Below are positions 13,064-26,418 of a DNA stretch of 64,000 bases, in pieces; position 1 is the stretch's first letter; the number at the start of each line of letters is the position of its first letter. A program made the translations under genes and the position numbers. Under the pieces are notes generated by a model, which was given only the letters and a program-made list of their open reading frames with translations, had not been told where the DNA came from and ran no database searches. This stretch comes from Lingula anatina (taxonomy: Eukaryota; Animalia; Brachiopoda): positions 16,840,651-16,904,650 of the forward strand of contig CM120647.1 in the NCBI GenBank assembly GCA_051362555.1. The letters run 5' to 3'.

Positions 13064-13897
13064 TTTTTAAGACTTTGGTTCACACAGACGGATCCTGTCT
13101 CTTTACCTAGCTTAAATGTATTCTGACTGTGTCCAAGACATTCCAAACCACAGTTCCCATTAACACCAGTTTAACCGATCAAATAAAGTTAAGTGTGCTT
13201 TGCGTTAAACACACACCACGTACGCTGTACTAAATCTTGATCTCTACTACAGTATTTAAGCTGTCGATAATACACCAGTGACAATAAAGAGTAAACCCTT
13301 TCAGTACTATACAATTAGTCAATAAGAACACTTAGTGTAGCCAAGTCGCGACTGCTGTGAGAAACTTTTAAAATACTGCTATAAAGAAGCATCACCCCAT
13401 TAGGCAAATGAGAACATTCGACCACAGTATTATCACGTACATGTAACAGTTGGATGATCGATTTATACAGGTTTTCAAATATTTAACAGTAACAGAAACA
13501 GGAATAACCTTTCACGCCGTTATTTATGTATCTCAATTTAAGGCCCACAAAATCAATGTTTCACATAATTGCTGGGAAGTTATTGTATTGGTGATAATGG
13601 TCCAATTTTCCAGTTGGTTGTTTAAATACTAACACCAGAGTTAAATGTCCACATTTACCCAAAGCATAACCTTTTAAAACGTGTTGGTTGTACTGGTCTT
13701 TTATAACTTTTTATTGTTGTATCTGTTTAAATTTGCGGTGTTCAAAGCTAACTACCGGTAAGCTGTCTTTATTCACATATATATATCACAACTGCCCCCA
13801 AAAAGTGTGAACATTTTTGGGAAACAGTGTGCACATACCGTGTAACAGAACCAAAATCTTGAAGGCCCACACTTCCTATTGGTTACTTATGGTTCTG

Positions 13898-14604
13898 GGG
13901 CTGGTTTCACAAAGCAGTAGTTAGTTAGCGATCGGTAGTTAGCCTCTCGCTAGTTATAGTGCCGTTTCACGAAGCAGTCGCTAGTTCTCTCGCTCGTTAT
14001 TGTCTCGTTGTTGCCTTGGATATTTAACGACTGGTAAGACCAGTCGCTAACTCTAGAGTTTCATCGTACGCATGCGTAATGAGTGAAATAAAAAGGTTGC
14101 TTAGTTACCGTTGTCTATCGTTTGTCTTTGTATCCAATATGGCGGCTACTTTTCTTGCTATCCGTACCGCCATACGGCAACGTAGACTACGACGTTTTCA
14201 TGAAAGGCAGAATCTATTAGAATATACACACGATGATGCAATTTACGAGAGGTTGCGCCTAGCTGTGACAAAAAGAGCGGCAAAAAGGTGGTGGAGATCC
14301 TTTACGACGACCTCAAAGCAGACGTTCTTATGCATTTTCAGCCACCAAAAATTGGAGAGTTAGTGCTTTCGTGACACTTTTACGCAAGAGTTCCACTTCC
14401 GGCAGACGGTTTCGAGAGTGTAGTGAGTAACGAGAGAACTAACGACCGAACTTTACGACCGAACTTAGCGATAAGTTAACTACTGCTTCGTGAAACACCC
14501 CTCGAAAATCGCTAAGTTTGCACGTTAGCAAGGTAGTTCAGTAGTTAGTTGTTCTAACTGTCTTTTAGTTGTTCTAACTAACTACTGCTTTGTGAAGCCG
14601 GCCC
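13898..14604 (+). mobile_element. Non-autonomous PIF/Harbinger element, TSD CTG
   Basis: TIRs gggctggtttcacaaagcagtagttagttag / ctaactaactactgctttgtgaagccggccc with CTG duplicated. Copy B has the empty site ggttctgaaatg (~52364). Internal RRLRRFHERQNLLE..DDAIYERLRL resembles a Harbinger transposase N-terminus. Confidence 0.88.
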
Positions 14605-15089
14605 CTGAAATGAGAGTGGTACGTATGTTTCAGGTTACAGTGGATCGAAATAAACCTCGCTTATCAAACATACACTAAACGTTTAATGTATTAACCAGGC
14701 ACATGTAGATGTACTCTTACCATTGATTTCTAGGGTTAACATTTTTTGTTAAATGCGTTACATAGGAATTGGAATTATGCAAACCATGTCATGCACCGTT
14801 CTAAAAAACAAAGTATGGCTTTCAGACTATAAAATTCGATATGCACTATCACGTTGTCAACTCAGAGAGAAATGTCTTTTAATAGAAGTGAGTGATCTCT
14901 CTTTCGTGATACAACATTGCAACCATGCACTTAACATAAAATAAAAAGAGTAGGTTATGTACACATCCAGGCAACCTATGGTAATCCCAATCGACATAAA
15001 TATCGACATATTTCAAACGACCTAATTGTTTAAAATTAGTGCACAAATGTTCAAACATCAATTGTTCATTATATTTTACGTGAATTTGA

Positions 15090-18000
15090 CTAGACTTTAA
15101 TCCTAAGAAATTTCCAAATACATAAGCTAATAACAAAATCCATTATCTCGGCAAAGGTGATTAAGGTGCTTCCCAGAACGAGGCCAAGAGCACCTCCTAT
15201 GTCAGCAAACAAAGTCAGCGTGCTGTAGGCTTCTTGTTGTACCACCTCCTCGTACGTCATGTCCGTGTAGTATAACGCCACGCTGACGAAATCTTTTTCA
15301 ACGGATTCTGCTGTTCTGTTGAATTCCAACGATATTGGTTTTGCAGACATTTTAGAACTTGAGATGCTGTAGTCGAAAGATAAAATCTCGCATGGTACTA
15401 TACAGTCACACTGTCGCTTTATCTGGGTCGTGTTTTCTGATAGCGGGAAATAACACGTGATGATGTCACGTGGGGAACAGTCTCTGTAACCTTTAACCTC
15501 TGGATAGTATACCATCCGGCAGCCACACGTTTTCAAAGTCATATTGTGTCTGAAATGGTATTCAAAGCTAATTATGCATCACACCAAAGAGAGAGAGACA
15601 GAGAGAGAGAGAAAGAGAGAGAGGAAGAGAGGGCGCAAAGCGTGTGTTGTATATTCTTTATGCATATTTTATACAATTCTGATATTTCAGATATTTAGAC
15701 ACAACCACAGTGCGTAAAGCATATATTGACTTATATTAACTTGTCTTAAAACAAAATTTTGATTTAAAATGTGTGCCCATTCAAATACTAAATATTGACA
15801 TCTGTTTCATGTTGTTCAAGATATTTATTCGACGACCTTACCACGTGCATGCAAATACTATTTTACTTATAATAATGAATGTCTAATCTACTACTCTTGA
15901 CTCAGCAGAATTTATGACTGTCATTGTTTTGCTTACACCAAAGATACATACAGGCATTCTGCACGGCAGTTTACTTTGCTGTACTTTTTGTAGTAAGCCA
16001 GTTTTCTCTCGCCACAGTTGCCATAGGGAGCAGGGAGGTTTACCGACTGAAAAAAAGTTCTTATTATCGAACACACTTATTGCAGGATATACGAAATATG
16101 TTGGTTACAATGACAGTGAACTTATGTCAAATAAATAGAAGTTTGTTCTCAATCATCTGACAAGACCTAAAATCTTATGCAAAATAATTTTATATCTTTT
16201 TGTACTCAATCAAATTTGTGATTTAAAGAGAAATAATCATAGCTAAAGAAGAAGACTCAATTGTGATAACATTTACTTAGTGGCAGTCAGCCCTAATTTC
16301 CGCATATTTTCGGTACGTCAGATTGCAATCAATTTATAATTTATAATTGGATCAATTAAAATGTGCTTTGTTTTCCTATAGCGGTGTTGTCTTCTTTAAT
16401 TGTACTAATTTAGTGTATTTACAAGTACCTTTTTCAGTTTAAGGGCAATGAAGGCGCTTTCTCCTGGGACGGTATGGATGGCAAAACTCAGCATGTCTGG
16501 ATGGTCGTGTCGGTCATGTAATAGTATCTGAAATCATAATACAAAATTATATTGTGACGTTCAACTTAAAAAAGTACATATAATGAAATATAAGAAAAAA
16601 AAAAAACAAGCAATCAAATTATTGATCTTTTATGTGCGTCAGTGTTCTCTTCTCTCCTTAGTTTTTAATTCTTAGGTCAAACTATAGCTTCCCAAATCTT
16701 GCTGTTGTATCTAATCTACATTCATACAAGTAATTCGTCTCAATATTTAATCAAAGTTAAAATATTTTGGGATGAAGCTAATATATATGTACAATATTTT
16801 ACCAGTGCTCCGTTGCTCAAAACATTTTAAGTATATTCGTGCTGTTGTTGTGTGTCCAGATAGAGCTCAAGTCCATTTCTAGAACCTTCCATATCAACCT
16901 GATGAATCTCTTCACCTAAATTTAAAGAAAACCACAGATACTGAAGCGAAGTGTTTTGCATATGCAAGAATGGGTTTGTGATAATTCGTAATAATTCGAA
17001 AAAATTCGTGAACACTGGATAGAAAACATCTATGAAATTGGTAACACAAAAGATAATATTTGATGTAAAAGAAATGATGTGAGTGTGAAATGTTATTATT
17101 ATTATTATTGCTAATCCTTATTCTGCATTTTTTCCAAGTTACTCATTATAAGTTTTCCATAAAATGTAATGGGATGAGTTGCACAGATATGCTTTCTGTT
17201 GCATTCACTTTATTTTAAGATACAATGTCAACTTGTATCTTGCAAACTTATATAATATAATATAACATAACATAACATAATATAATATAATATAATATAA
17301 TATAATATAATATAATATAATATAATCTTGAGGATACCTCCATTGAACTGATGGCACAATCCAAACTCGGTGAAGACTGGCCTAAATGCGTTTCTCTTGC
17401 ATATCTTCGTCTTCCATTGGCACTGAATATTTGGAATGTTAAATGTTTCAAGTGTATAATTTGTTTTAACATTGCTGTACTTTTAAATTAAAGATATGAT
17501 ATATATATATAATGTAATCAGTCAATTTATGTAAGCCTTTTCCCCAAAATAAAAATAAATAAACATCATCAACATAAAAAAATCAAACAAATGCTACTTA
17601 CAAACATAAAAAGGTCGGACTTTTGAAATCCATCCCTCAAGTAAAATTCAGCCCAGTTAATGTGATTGAGGTCATAGGCCGACTAATTGGGTGCCCCAAA
17701 GTAGGCATGAAACAGAGCACCGATTTCTGTCTCATTATGTCGCACCAAACTGGTGGCCTTAAATGGACTACTATTACAGACTGTGACCGTGGGAAATAAT
17801 AAGGTGTCATTGTTGGTAATGTTGAACTTCGCGGTTGTCGGATTGGAGAGATAATAATCAAATCGGTTTTGTAGATGGTGAATCAAAAATCCAAATCCAA
17901 CCAAAACGATGCACAGCCAAACGCTACGTCTAACGTACTAAAACTTTGGGTCGACGGATTGTTTCAGTCCTAAGATACTCATTTCCTTTGCAAAGTTGGT

Positions 18001-18159
18001 TATTTCGTTCCGTACCGTTACGTTAATATTGGAGACGTTAACCTTTAGTGGGTCTTTAACGGTGTCATTATTTTGGTTCTCATTTCGGTTATCTGAACCG
18101 TCGTAACATTCTCCGTGGCGCTGCTTGCCTTCGTCAAAATTAATTCCACCATCAGGCAT
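15090..18159 (-). pseudogene. DEG/ENaC subunit b, copy A, pseudogene; exons 18159-17602, 17422-17338, 16915-16803, 16527-16429, 16046-15952, 15549-15090
   Basis: Collinear with the intact copy at 52847-57657 but has three in-frame stops: TCG>TAG (17938-17940), TGG>TAG (17683-17685) and CAA>TAA (16827-16829). Confidence 0.9.
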
Positions 18160-19084
18160 TGTAAGCTTATATTTGGTCAAGTTACATGAAAATGATTAGA
18201 CGAATGTCTGGTACTTTTTTCTGAACTACACAAGTAAAAATAATTACGTTATTATTACATTATCCCATTCGTTATATAGCAACAAATGATATTCTATTGT
18301 CTACAAAAAATTGCAGTTGGTTTCCCAGGTAAGTGTTTGCTTTGTGAGACAAAGAACAGATGCGTCCATAATACTAGCGCTTATCACAGGAAATTGATAC
18401 TGCTTAAACAAGACAGGGAGCTCGAAAGCAGGGGATTCGTTTTCGGAAAAACAGAGGCAACGGTAATCAAACTTTCTTGGTGTAATGGCTTTTACTCGTC
18501 CAGTGCCGTATGATGATATTCAATGAGCAAAGAACGGGGATGCCTCCTCTCACAGTAACTGTAAGAGGATCAGTGGAATCCCCTTAGTATCATTTTCATG
18601 GATATTGGCATTGGACAACTTCTCTATGGTCTGAAGCACTGTTGACTTTGCTGTGATGAATCAACTAGTGTTGGTGATCGATTTAGAGATCGATATCATA
18701 CATTGGTTACCAAGTTACCAACGGAACCTTTGAACATAATTCGTGCGTGAATAACAAATGGTCTGCGGTAAAAATTAGTTTGGTGAAATATATATTACAG
18801 ATATTTGGGGCTAAAAAGTAATTCAAACTGCCATTATATATGAAACTATCTGCAACACTTAAACTTCAAGAACTGATTACTAGAGGAAGACGAATTAAAT
18901 AAAAATTAAGAAGACAAGACAAATACTAAATGGGAAAGCGAGATGAAACATCAAGTGCATATAACAAGATATTCACTATATTCACTGAGACAATTACTAT
19001 ACAGATAATCAAAGTAACACAACATATTGAATTTAACATTAAGAAACATATCCAATATAGCACGTTTTAACTTAAAAGTCAACT

Positions 19085-19286
19085 TCGTGCAACCAAGGCA
19101 AGGATGGGAACAGTTCTCTGAAGGTCGCCCTATAGAGATTTTGAGCGAGATACGTCCGCCGGTTGCCGCTGTCTGGGTCTGGCACCACGTTGGGGTACAG
19201 CACGAATAAAGATGGGAAGAAATCCCGAACCAGACCTTGGTAGAACAGAATAGTCCCGTTCACAAGGGGCGTGTTCTGCGGAGGAC
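19085..19286 (-). pseudogene. Stranded exon of the cysteine-rich gene found at 58.5-61 kb
   Basis: PPQNTPLVNGTILFYQGLVRDFFPSLFVLYPNVVPDPDSGNRRTY is identical to the 58767 exon. Its splice acceptor is deleted and the upstream exons are removed by the duplication junction. Confidence 0.7.
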
Positions 19287-19669
19287 ACCTGGAACCTACA
19301 ATGTATGTTAAACTACTATAGCGAATACACTATTGGATCTTTGTTATAATAATAATAATTATAAATAAACATGGTAAATACCACTAAAAAATTCACCTGA
19401 AAGATTGCTACTACTGCTACTACTACTACTACTACTTACATGGTACATTTCACTAAAAGATCGACATGAAGAATTACGATCGCTTTTCTATACTGCTCCT
19501 CGAGTCGAAACCCATGTATTCTATTTATATCACTAAAATATCAGACTCTGCTGTGATGTGAATATTCATTACAACTTACTTTATTATTGTCAGAGTCAAA
19601 TGTAAATGTTGTTGACTTTGATGTTTAACTCAAACTAACGTCCAGAACTAAAGCAACTGAATCATAAGA

Positions 19670-19757
19670 ATGCGGTGGGTTCTCCTGATTGTGGTAGGTG
19701 TGCTGTGGATTGTGATCAATGTGTTAATATGTGTGAAGAAAGAAGTATTAGATAAAG
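19670..19757 (+). pseudogene. Orphan DUF1647-like exon 1 (signal anchor) with exon 2 deleted
   Basis: MRWVLLIVVGVLWIVINVLICVKKEVLDK|gtatg matches the 26419 and 32578 exons. At ~19880 the intron jumps into sequence homologous to 3170-3410 with no exon 2. Confidence 0.8.
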
Positions 19758-20148
19758 GTATGCCTACTCTACTCATTGTGAATAATAGCAGTAACAACAA
19801 CAACAAAAATTATTATGATGATAATGAGAATGCCCCCCCTCCCTCTCTTCCTTATCACCAGTGGTGTTCTATATCAATATATGTACAATTCCCCCATATT
19901 GCCGTGCAATATTCTAGTTTTCTTTCTATCAAATACTCAAATAAGCACTGTACATATACGAGCTAAGACACAAGGCAATTACCTTTCTTTCTATTCTTTC
20001 TAGTCCTTACATGTACAAGTTATTAGTTTCACTTTTATGTACCATGTGGGATATCACGATATACAAGAAAATAGAATTTTATTTTATTGTTTGAACACTA
20101 TTTGGTTCAAAACATAAAAGTTGGTGAAATTTTATCCCCCCCCCCCCC

Positions 20149-20179
<31 letters not shown>

Positions 20180-20181
<2 letters not shown>

Positions 20182-21454
20182 TGAATCGAGGCACCGACCT
20201 GAATTTGCTGGTCCCTGGGAAGTCAAAACATTATTTTCTTCTGTTCTTCGCTACTGATGCTTCGAAGGAAGCCAAAAAAAAAAAAAAAAATGAAAAAAAA
20301 GTAGAACACATATAATCGACTGCTTTCATGGCCACGTGTAGTGTCAGCGAAAATATATCTTCTACACACACACACAGGGAAAAAGGACGTGACAAAAGTA
20401 CTTTGTACAGGTCATCGGTCATTTTGCAAAAGAAAAAAGTTTTCATGTACAGTGTCAACGAAAGGTGTATCATACCATTACTAACAAAATAATTTGGATA
20501 TGAAAACCACTAGTGCAAGAATGTATTTTACAGGAGGTCATACAGTGTTCCCCAGGAGGATTCTAGAGCTCAAGTCGTAAAATATATATAAACAAAAACA
20601 CAGCAGTTTGACAAGATCAAGATTACCACCAATGATGAAATTTGAAATACTGATCACGACTAATATGCCACGCCTGCAAACACTTCTTGAAGGACATTTT
20701 TTACTAAATGGCTTCACCAGTCGTGCACTTTGAATATTTGTTATGCACGCCTAGATTTGAAAAAAAAAAAAATACTTACGTTTCAATAAAGAAAGATAAA
20801 CTGTGAATTTCGTTTTGAGTTTTGTTTTGTTTTTAATGTGATAATAACTTGTTACCTTACACACATCTCAAAAAGTTTGTTTTTATAACATTTTAGTTTT
20901 AACCTAAGGCGCTATGGGCGATAGCAACATGTACAAGAAAGAGGAACTTTATTGAATTTTAATGAAAACTTTTTTGATTCATAACAATGTTAAAGTTGGT
21001 GACATTTCTATCCACAATAAAACCAGGGGCGGATGGAGGCCGACTTCTGGTTCTAACGTAACATCCTCATTTGACATCACAGTAGGTTTGTTCAATCACC
21101 AACGTACCAGTATTATCCGTCTCGCATTTGACCGATTATTGCCAGATTCCCTAGTTGATTACCTCATGTTTTATGTCAAATAAGGGACGAAGCGTCATGG
21201 TAGCCAATCACGTGCTCACACGTCATCAGTCCCCCAAAAGTAGGTGGAGCGAAGGTAATGCATGTAGAAAACCCTGCAGTTCTTTACGCTAATGACAGTG
21301 CATTTCTACATGCACCAGTTGCCCCTGTATGGACTGCACTCATGTATATACCGAGGTTCGGTTGCCGCAATATTATCCTTTAGTACTAGGGAAGATATAG
21401 GAAATGTTGTCTCTCTCTCTCTCTCTGCCTTTCTTTCTCACAGCTCTCTCGTTT

Positions 21455-21487
<33 letters not shown>

Positions 21488-21806
21488 ATGTGTGTGTGTG
21501 TGTATGTGTGTGAGAGAGAGAGGGGAAAAAGAGAGAGAAAGAGTTCTACCTTTCCTTTTATTTCCAGGTAGAAAAGATTAACCTAAAAAGAACTAAGAAA
21601 ATTTAAGCGTTAGAATTTGCTTAATAAACCATTATAAAGTCTCTTTACAACAAGACCTCACCTGGGATTGGGATTGTGAAAGATGTGACAAACTTTTTAT
21701 CCATACTCATTCCCTTATATTTCACTTCAGTCAAATAACTATTTACATAAAATATTAAAATACTATTGGGCTGAAATACGTCCAAGTTTTGGAGGCTACA
21801 ATTTAC

Positions 21807-21842
<36 letters not shown>

Positions 21843-23340
21843 GAGAGGGAGGGGGTAGTGAGACATCATTTTAACTTACAGACACACAAAATGTACATGT
21901 CATTAAATGAAAAATCTGTGTGTGACTAAGTTGTTGCCTTTGTGTTTTGTCGTTAGTAAATACGACACCATTATAATCTTTCATATTATTTATTAACTAC
22001 ATCGTAGTTGTTTCCCGCGCCGCTTTGTTTCCAGTTCTGTCTCTATATCTTATGCTATCTCTAGCGGCCTTCTCCTTCGTTTACATGTCAATCAACTCAG
22101 TTCCTCTTCAAGACGCTCCTCGCTCCTTATTCACTCATGGCTCTCAATCACTAAGGTTACTTGTGATAGGTTTTGTTTATAACATATTTCCTCTTTTTTG
22201 AAAAGATACAAATTATTACCAAAGCACACATAGTGGTTGCAAAACGTAACGACAACCTGATCCCCGCACCTTTCGAATGGAACATGCACTATATATCTAC
22301 TTCATCTTACCTGAATATTTAAATGTATGAATGGCTTTTAATTATTCATTTACTCTGGTACAACAGATGCCAAAGGCAGATCTAGTAGACTGTGTTTTGG
22401 GGAAAAGCAGGTTATAAAGCCCGCAAAAGTTCATATAATACGAAATGTGTTCGTCATATTAAGATAATCAAGCTTGCGTGTATATGAACTGGTTTTACGG
22501 AAACAATTAAGCAATAATGAACTGGACTTCTCAGCACTGCCATGTGTAGCGAACTTGCACATGATTTTCTCTCCCAATGTCCTCTAAATTTAGGAAAGAA
22601 TAAATTAAACTTGTACACAAAAAGGCAATGACATATGACATTTAAACTTGCCGTACCTAAACGCGACCCACAGATTCCACTACTCGATTTCTCACCACTG
22701 ACCATTGTATCGCACATGTATAGAGAAAAGCCAAGCACACCGAATGATCGTCATACTTTTATTGGTTACAAGCCGTCTTCTACATATTCTGAATTCCCCA
22801 ACCTCGCAACTCCATCACCTTAATTCTCTAACGTAAAATTTCACACAATCCTCTTATATACAGGTTAATATGTATTTGTCGCGCTATTTGGCCGTACATA
22901 CAATGTCGTTAATCGCTCTAAATAACATTGTTAATTACTTTTAATGAGAATTACACAAAGGAGCCAAAATGGGCTACATTGTATTCCATTTTAAAGATTA
23001 CCTTTCTGGGCACAGAAACAGAGTTTTTTTTTTGTATGACTGCGCATGCTCCAAGCTCCAATCTCACCCGCATCATATATTAAATCAAACGACCACCAAA
23101 ATTATTCATTGGAAGATCACAGTGACGGTAAGATTGCCATATCTTTCTGTTAAACCATCATCTTGTTATGTCTTTTTTTAATATAACTGAAGTGCGTTGT
23201 GTATTATAACTATGCCTGTATTAAACAAGTATGGTTAACATATTTTTATAGCAACATGCGCGTTGCCGTTGTGGAGGTAATGAAATGGTGGAATGTTTTT
23301 ACCTGTTTCATTTAGCTGTATATTTTTTAACATTTATGTT
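20180..23340. repeat. Internal duplicated block (partner 28592-31940)
   Basis: Long collinear similarity, e.g. gatgaatcgaggcaccgacctgaatttg at ~20180 and ~28593. Includes a D8C pseudo-exon. Confidence 0.88.
21216..21385 (-). pseudogene. Degenerate D8C last exon
   Basis: Homologous to 3589-3816 (SVKNC..FY.HYLRSTYF..GTDDV*) with internal deletions and stops. Confidence 0.8.
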
Positions 23341-23479
23341 ATAATGTAAGTTGTCAGAAATTTAGAGACGGTAATTCATACATGTACTTGTATACCTCCG
23401 TCTTTGGATACAAAACTCATCGTGCATTTATTTTGAATGGAAAAGGTCTCATGGTACATTGCGTCACGTGACTACCTTA

Positions 23480-24373
23480 AGCCTCGGTCACAACCGGCCG
23501 TACGGGCTCTAACGGGCTATTTGCGTCCAAATTTTGTGCAGAATCTCACGTCCCACGCAAGTCATTCTTACGCAATTTCGAGTTCGCAGACAGCCCGTAA
23601 GCACGTACGGAGGATGTTGGACATGTCCAAAAGATTCTACGAATAGCCAGCGAGGCCGCAAGCGTAACTTGAGTTAACAAGAGAGACGCGCGTTGTTGCA
23701 AGACGCATGTCGCAAACTATGAGGGAGCAAGTGCCCTTTGCGTGTTGAATAAGGCGTACGACCTCACAACTAACGAACAAAGTCGAGAGCAAACCGGGAA
23801 TGCGTCGCACGTGCGTCACCCCCACGCCTGGCGTATAAAAGGCGTGCTTACGACGCACGCTCGTGTGTTTACAATGAACGTCGACTGTGTAACGTGTATA
23901 ACAATTTTCAAAATTTTCAAATTTTTGCTCAATTTAGTTTCTGATATGCCTCCAAAAGGCAAGAGAAAGAAGCTTACATAGTAGAAAAAAGGGAGGAGGG
24001 AGAAGAAAGAAGAGGAGAACAGGAAGCAAAACTGACGTACGCCGTCAATACTTCACCACAAACATGTGAGGCAAGTGTGAAGCAAAACTGACGCAGTAGG
24101 GCACTGCTTTCTCCGTGCGTTGCATTCCCTCCGTAAGTGGTGAGTGTGTGCCACGTACACAGGAAGCAAGACAAACTCAAGAAATGAGTACAATTTCCAC
24201 GGCCATCGCACCTTGCAGTTAGCGTCCCTGCTTGAAAGGACATCTCACGTGGCCCTTGCCACTCGCAAGGCAGACTTTACTCTACCTCAACGACCTCCAA
24301 GGCCTCCGCAACACCCAAAAATCGGAGGAGACGTACGATCCTGAAATTCGCGCGTCCGGTTGTGACCGAGGCT
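23480..24373. mobile_element. Non-autonomous DNA transposon (Harbinger-like), TIR AGCCTCGGTCACAACCGG
   Basis: 18-bp perfect TIRs, flanks TTA/TCA (imperfect 3-bp TSD) and a GC-richer interior. Confidence 0.8.
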
Positions 24374-26418
24374 TCAATGCAAATGAGGATGATATCTTTA
24401 TAAAATAGGCCAAGCTAGTGTAGTTGCCTCTGTATATCAATAATAGTCGAAAAAAGAATGAGAAGGACATCAAATAGCTACACGGTGCATCAGGAAGTTC
24501 TGAGTTTTCCTGCAAATGCTGTTATGAACACTGCAAATAACAACCTCAATGAATTTAGGAAAGCTGAAATTAAATAACTGAACTAAAGGTGTATATGAAA
24601 GGCAAAGTCCATGGGATTTCCCCGCCAAATTGAATTTTCCTGGGGTAAAGGCACTTTTCCCCAACCCAAAAATAGTTGTTTGGCACTTAGATTTGATGTT
24701 TTATTTCATTTTAATTGATAATTTAGTTTATAGTTACTGACTAGGCATTATGACGACATCTACCATCACGCACTTTGCCTCGTTTTTACAAAAGAAAATG
24801 GCGGGGTATTTTGTATTTGGGCCCTGAGCCGTGTATAATACTGCTCGGAACGTTCCTAGTTAGACAATCTCAGATGCTTTTATTTTCATTTTGTTTTGTT
24901 TTGCACTGAGATAACGTTTGGTTTCACCTTTGGCGTTATGTAGCAAGATGAGGTCCACAGCCGTTCACACTTCGGCGGTGTTAGTATTGAGTAGTCTTTA
25001 CTCTTTCAAATGTCGACTGCAGACTTGCCCCGGGTATTGTATGAACATATGAACAGTCCTGAGGAGCAAGGGAAGATAGGAAAGGGGGTGCATGAAACGA
25101 AAAAAAATTGTGCCCGTTTTATTATTGTGGACTTTTTCCCAATGCAGATATTAGCCATCTATCTAACTAGAGACATAACTGTTAATGTCCAGTGAAAAAT
25201 CATTCTGTGGCCCTGGTAGAGGGTAGACAATTCCCATGTCAGCAGCAATATAAGGACTTTTAACTGAAGAGAAAGGAAATATCATTAACGACGCAGACTT
25301 TATGCTAATGACGTTTTAAATCGATCACTTAATGTAAACTTTCTAAAATATACCATATTTTAATGCAAAAGGTATTTTGCTAAAACCCACGAGAGCCCAC
25401 ATTCGTTTTCGTGACATCCTGATTCAGGGGCCCGGTCGTTATTTTGCGTTACCAAGGTTGATGACGCTTTGGATGCCTCACTTGCATCCATGCACGCTAC
25501 CGACTGCTCCGTGACTGACCAGCCCACCCTCCGTACGTGCGAGTTTCCTCTTATAGTAACCAATCGGAATTTTTAAAAAATAATTCTTCCAGAAAATTGA
25601 CAAAATATTTGCTGGGCCTCGAACCAGCGTACGAATGTCTGCCTTTATCTAAAACAGTAAAGTTACCACGCAGCCACTGCAGCTTGGTTGGTAATTTATA
25701 ACCTTGTCACTGGGAAGGCCAGATTGGATGTACATGTATATATATCTGTTATCCCAATCAATAATCCAGGTGCCGTATTTCATCCCACGCATCCACAGTC
25801 CCCGGCCATGGTTTATGATGAACGGAAAAGTGAAGCAGTGTTTCATATGCTACGCAATTCATCATGTCTTGGTCAGGGCAAAAGGGATAACAACTGTTCA
25901 TTTTGGCAAAAAAAGAAAAATAAGCAATCTTCCTGGGGTAAAGGACAATTTTCCCATACTTCCAAATGGTAATTGAATCCATTCCCACATTCAAAGTTCT
26001 TCCCTGTTTTTTTTTCTAAAAAGTTTTTTATATTCTCTAAAGAGATTATTACAGAGTGTAGCCATCTATGGAGGTCACGTGATGTGATGGCAAGCACAAA
26101 TTCTAGAATAATTGCGTGAACTCCGGTTTTGGTGGCAAAATATAATTTATTATATATTAATGAGTTGTTTACAGTCCACTAATTGTGAAATATAGATACT
26201 ATACGAACAGTTGTTATCCCTTTAAGTCGATACAGATATTATGTCGGGCAGGGCAAGGCATCAAGCAACAAAATCTAGTCCCAAAAGAGGTGACACCGGA
26301 CATGTTTCCCATGCGCTCAGGTTATAGACTATGTATGCTTACTAGTATTCCGTCTTCCTTTTATTTCAAGGTTACGAAGGTTACCTGAAAATAGAACAAA
26401 AACAACTGAATCATAAGA

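Larger units (their letters stand above)
1..19643. repeat. Segmental (tandem) duplication, copy A
   Basis: Position 1 (acccatgtggattttttcag) matches 34616. Gene order and intergenic sequence are collinear with 34616-59182. Homology ends at aaactaacgtcc (~19643) versus aaactaacgccc (~59182). Confidence 0.95.

Noticed and set aside
16827-17940. Stop-codon readthrough or A-to-I rescue of channel b copy A
   Set aside because: Only the TGG>TAG stop could be restored to the original residue by editing. Three different stops are better explained by pseudogenisation.
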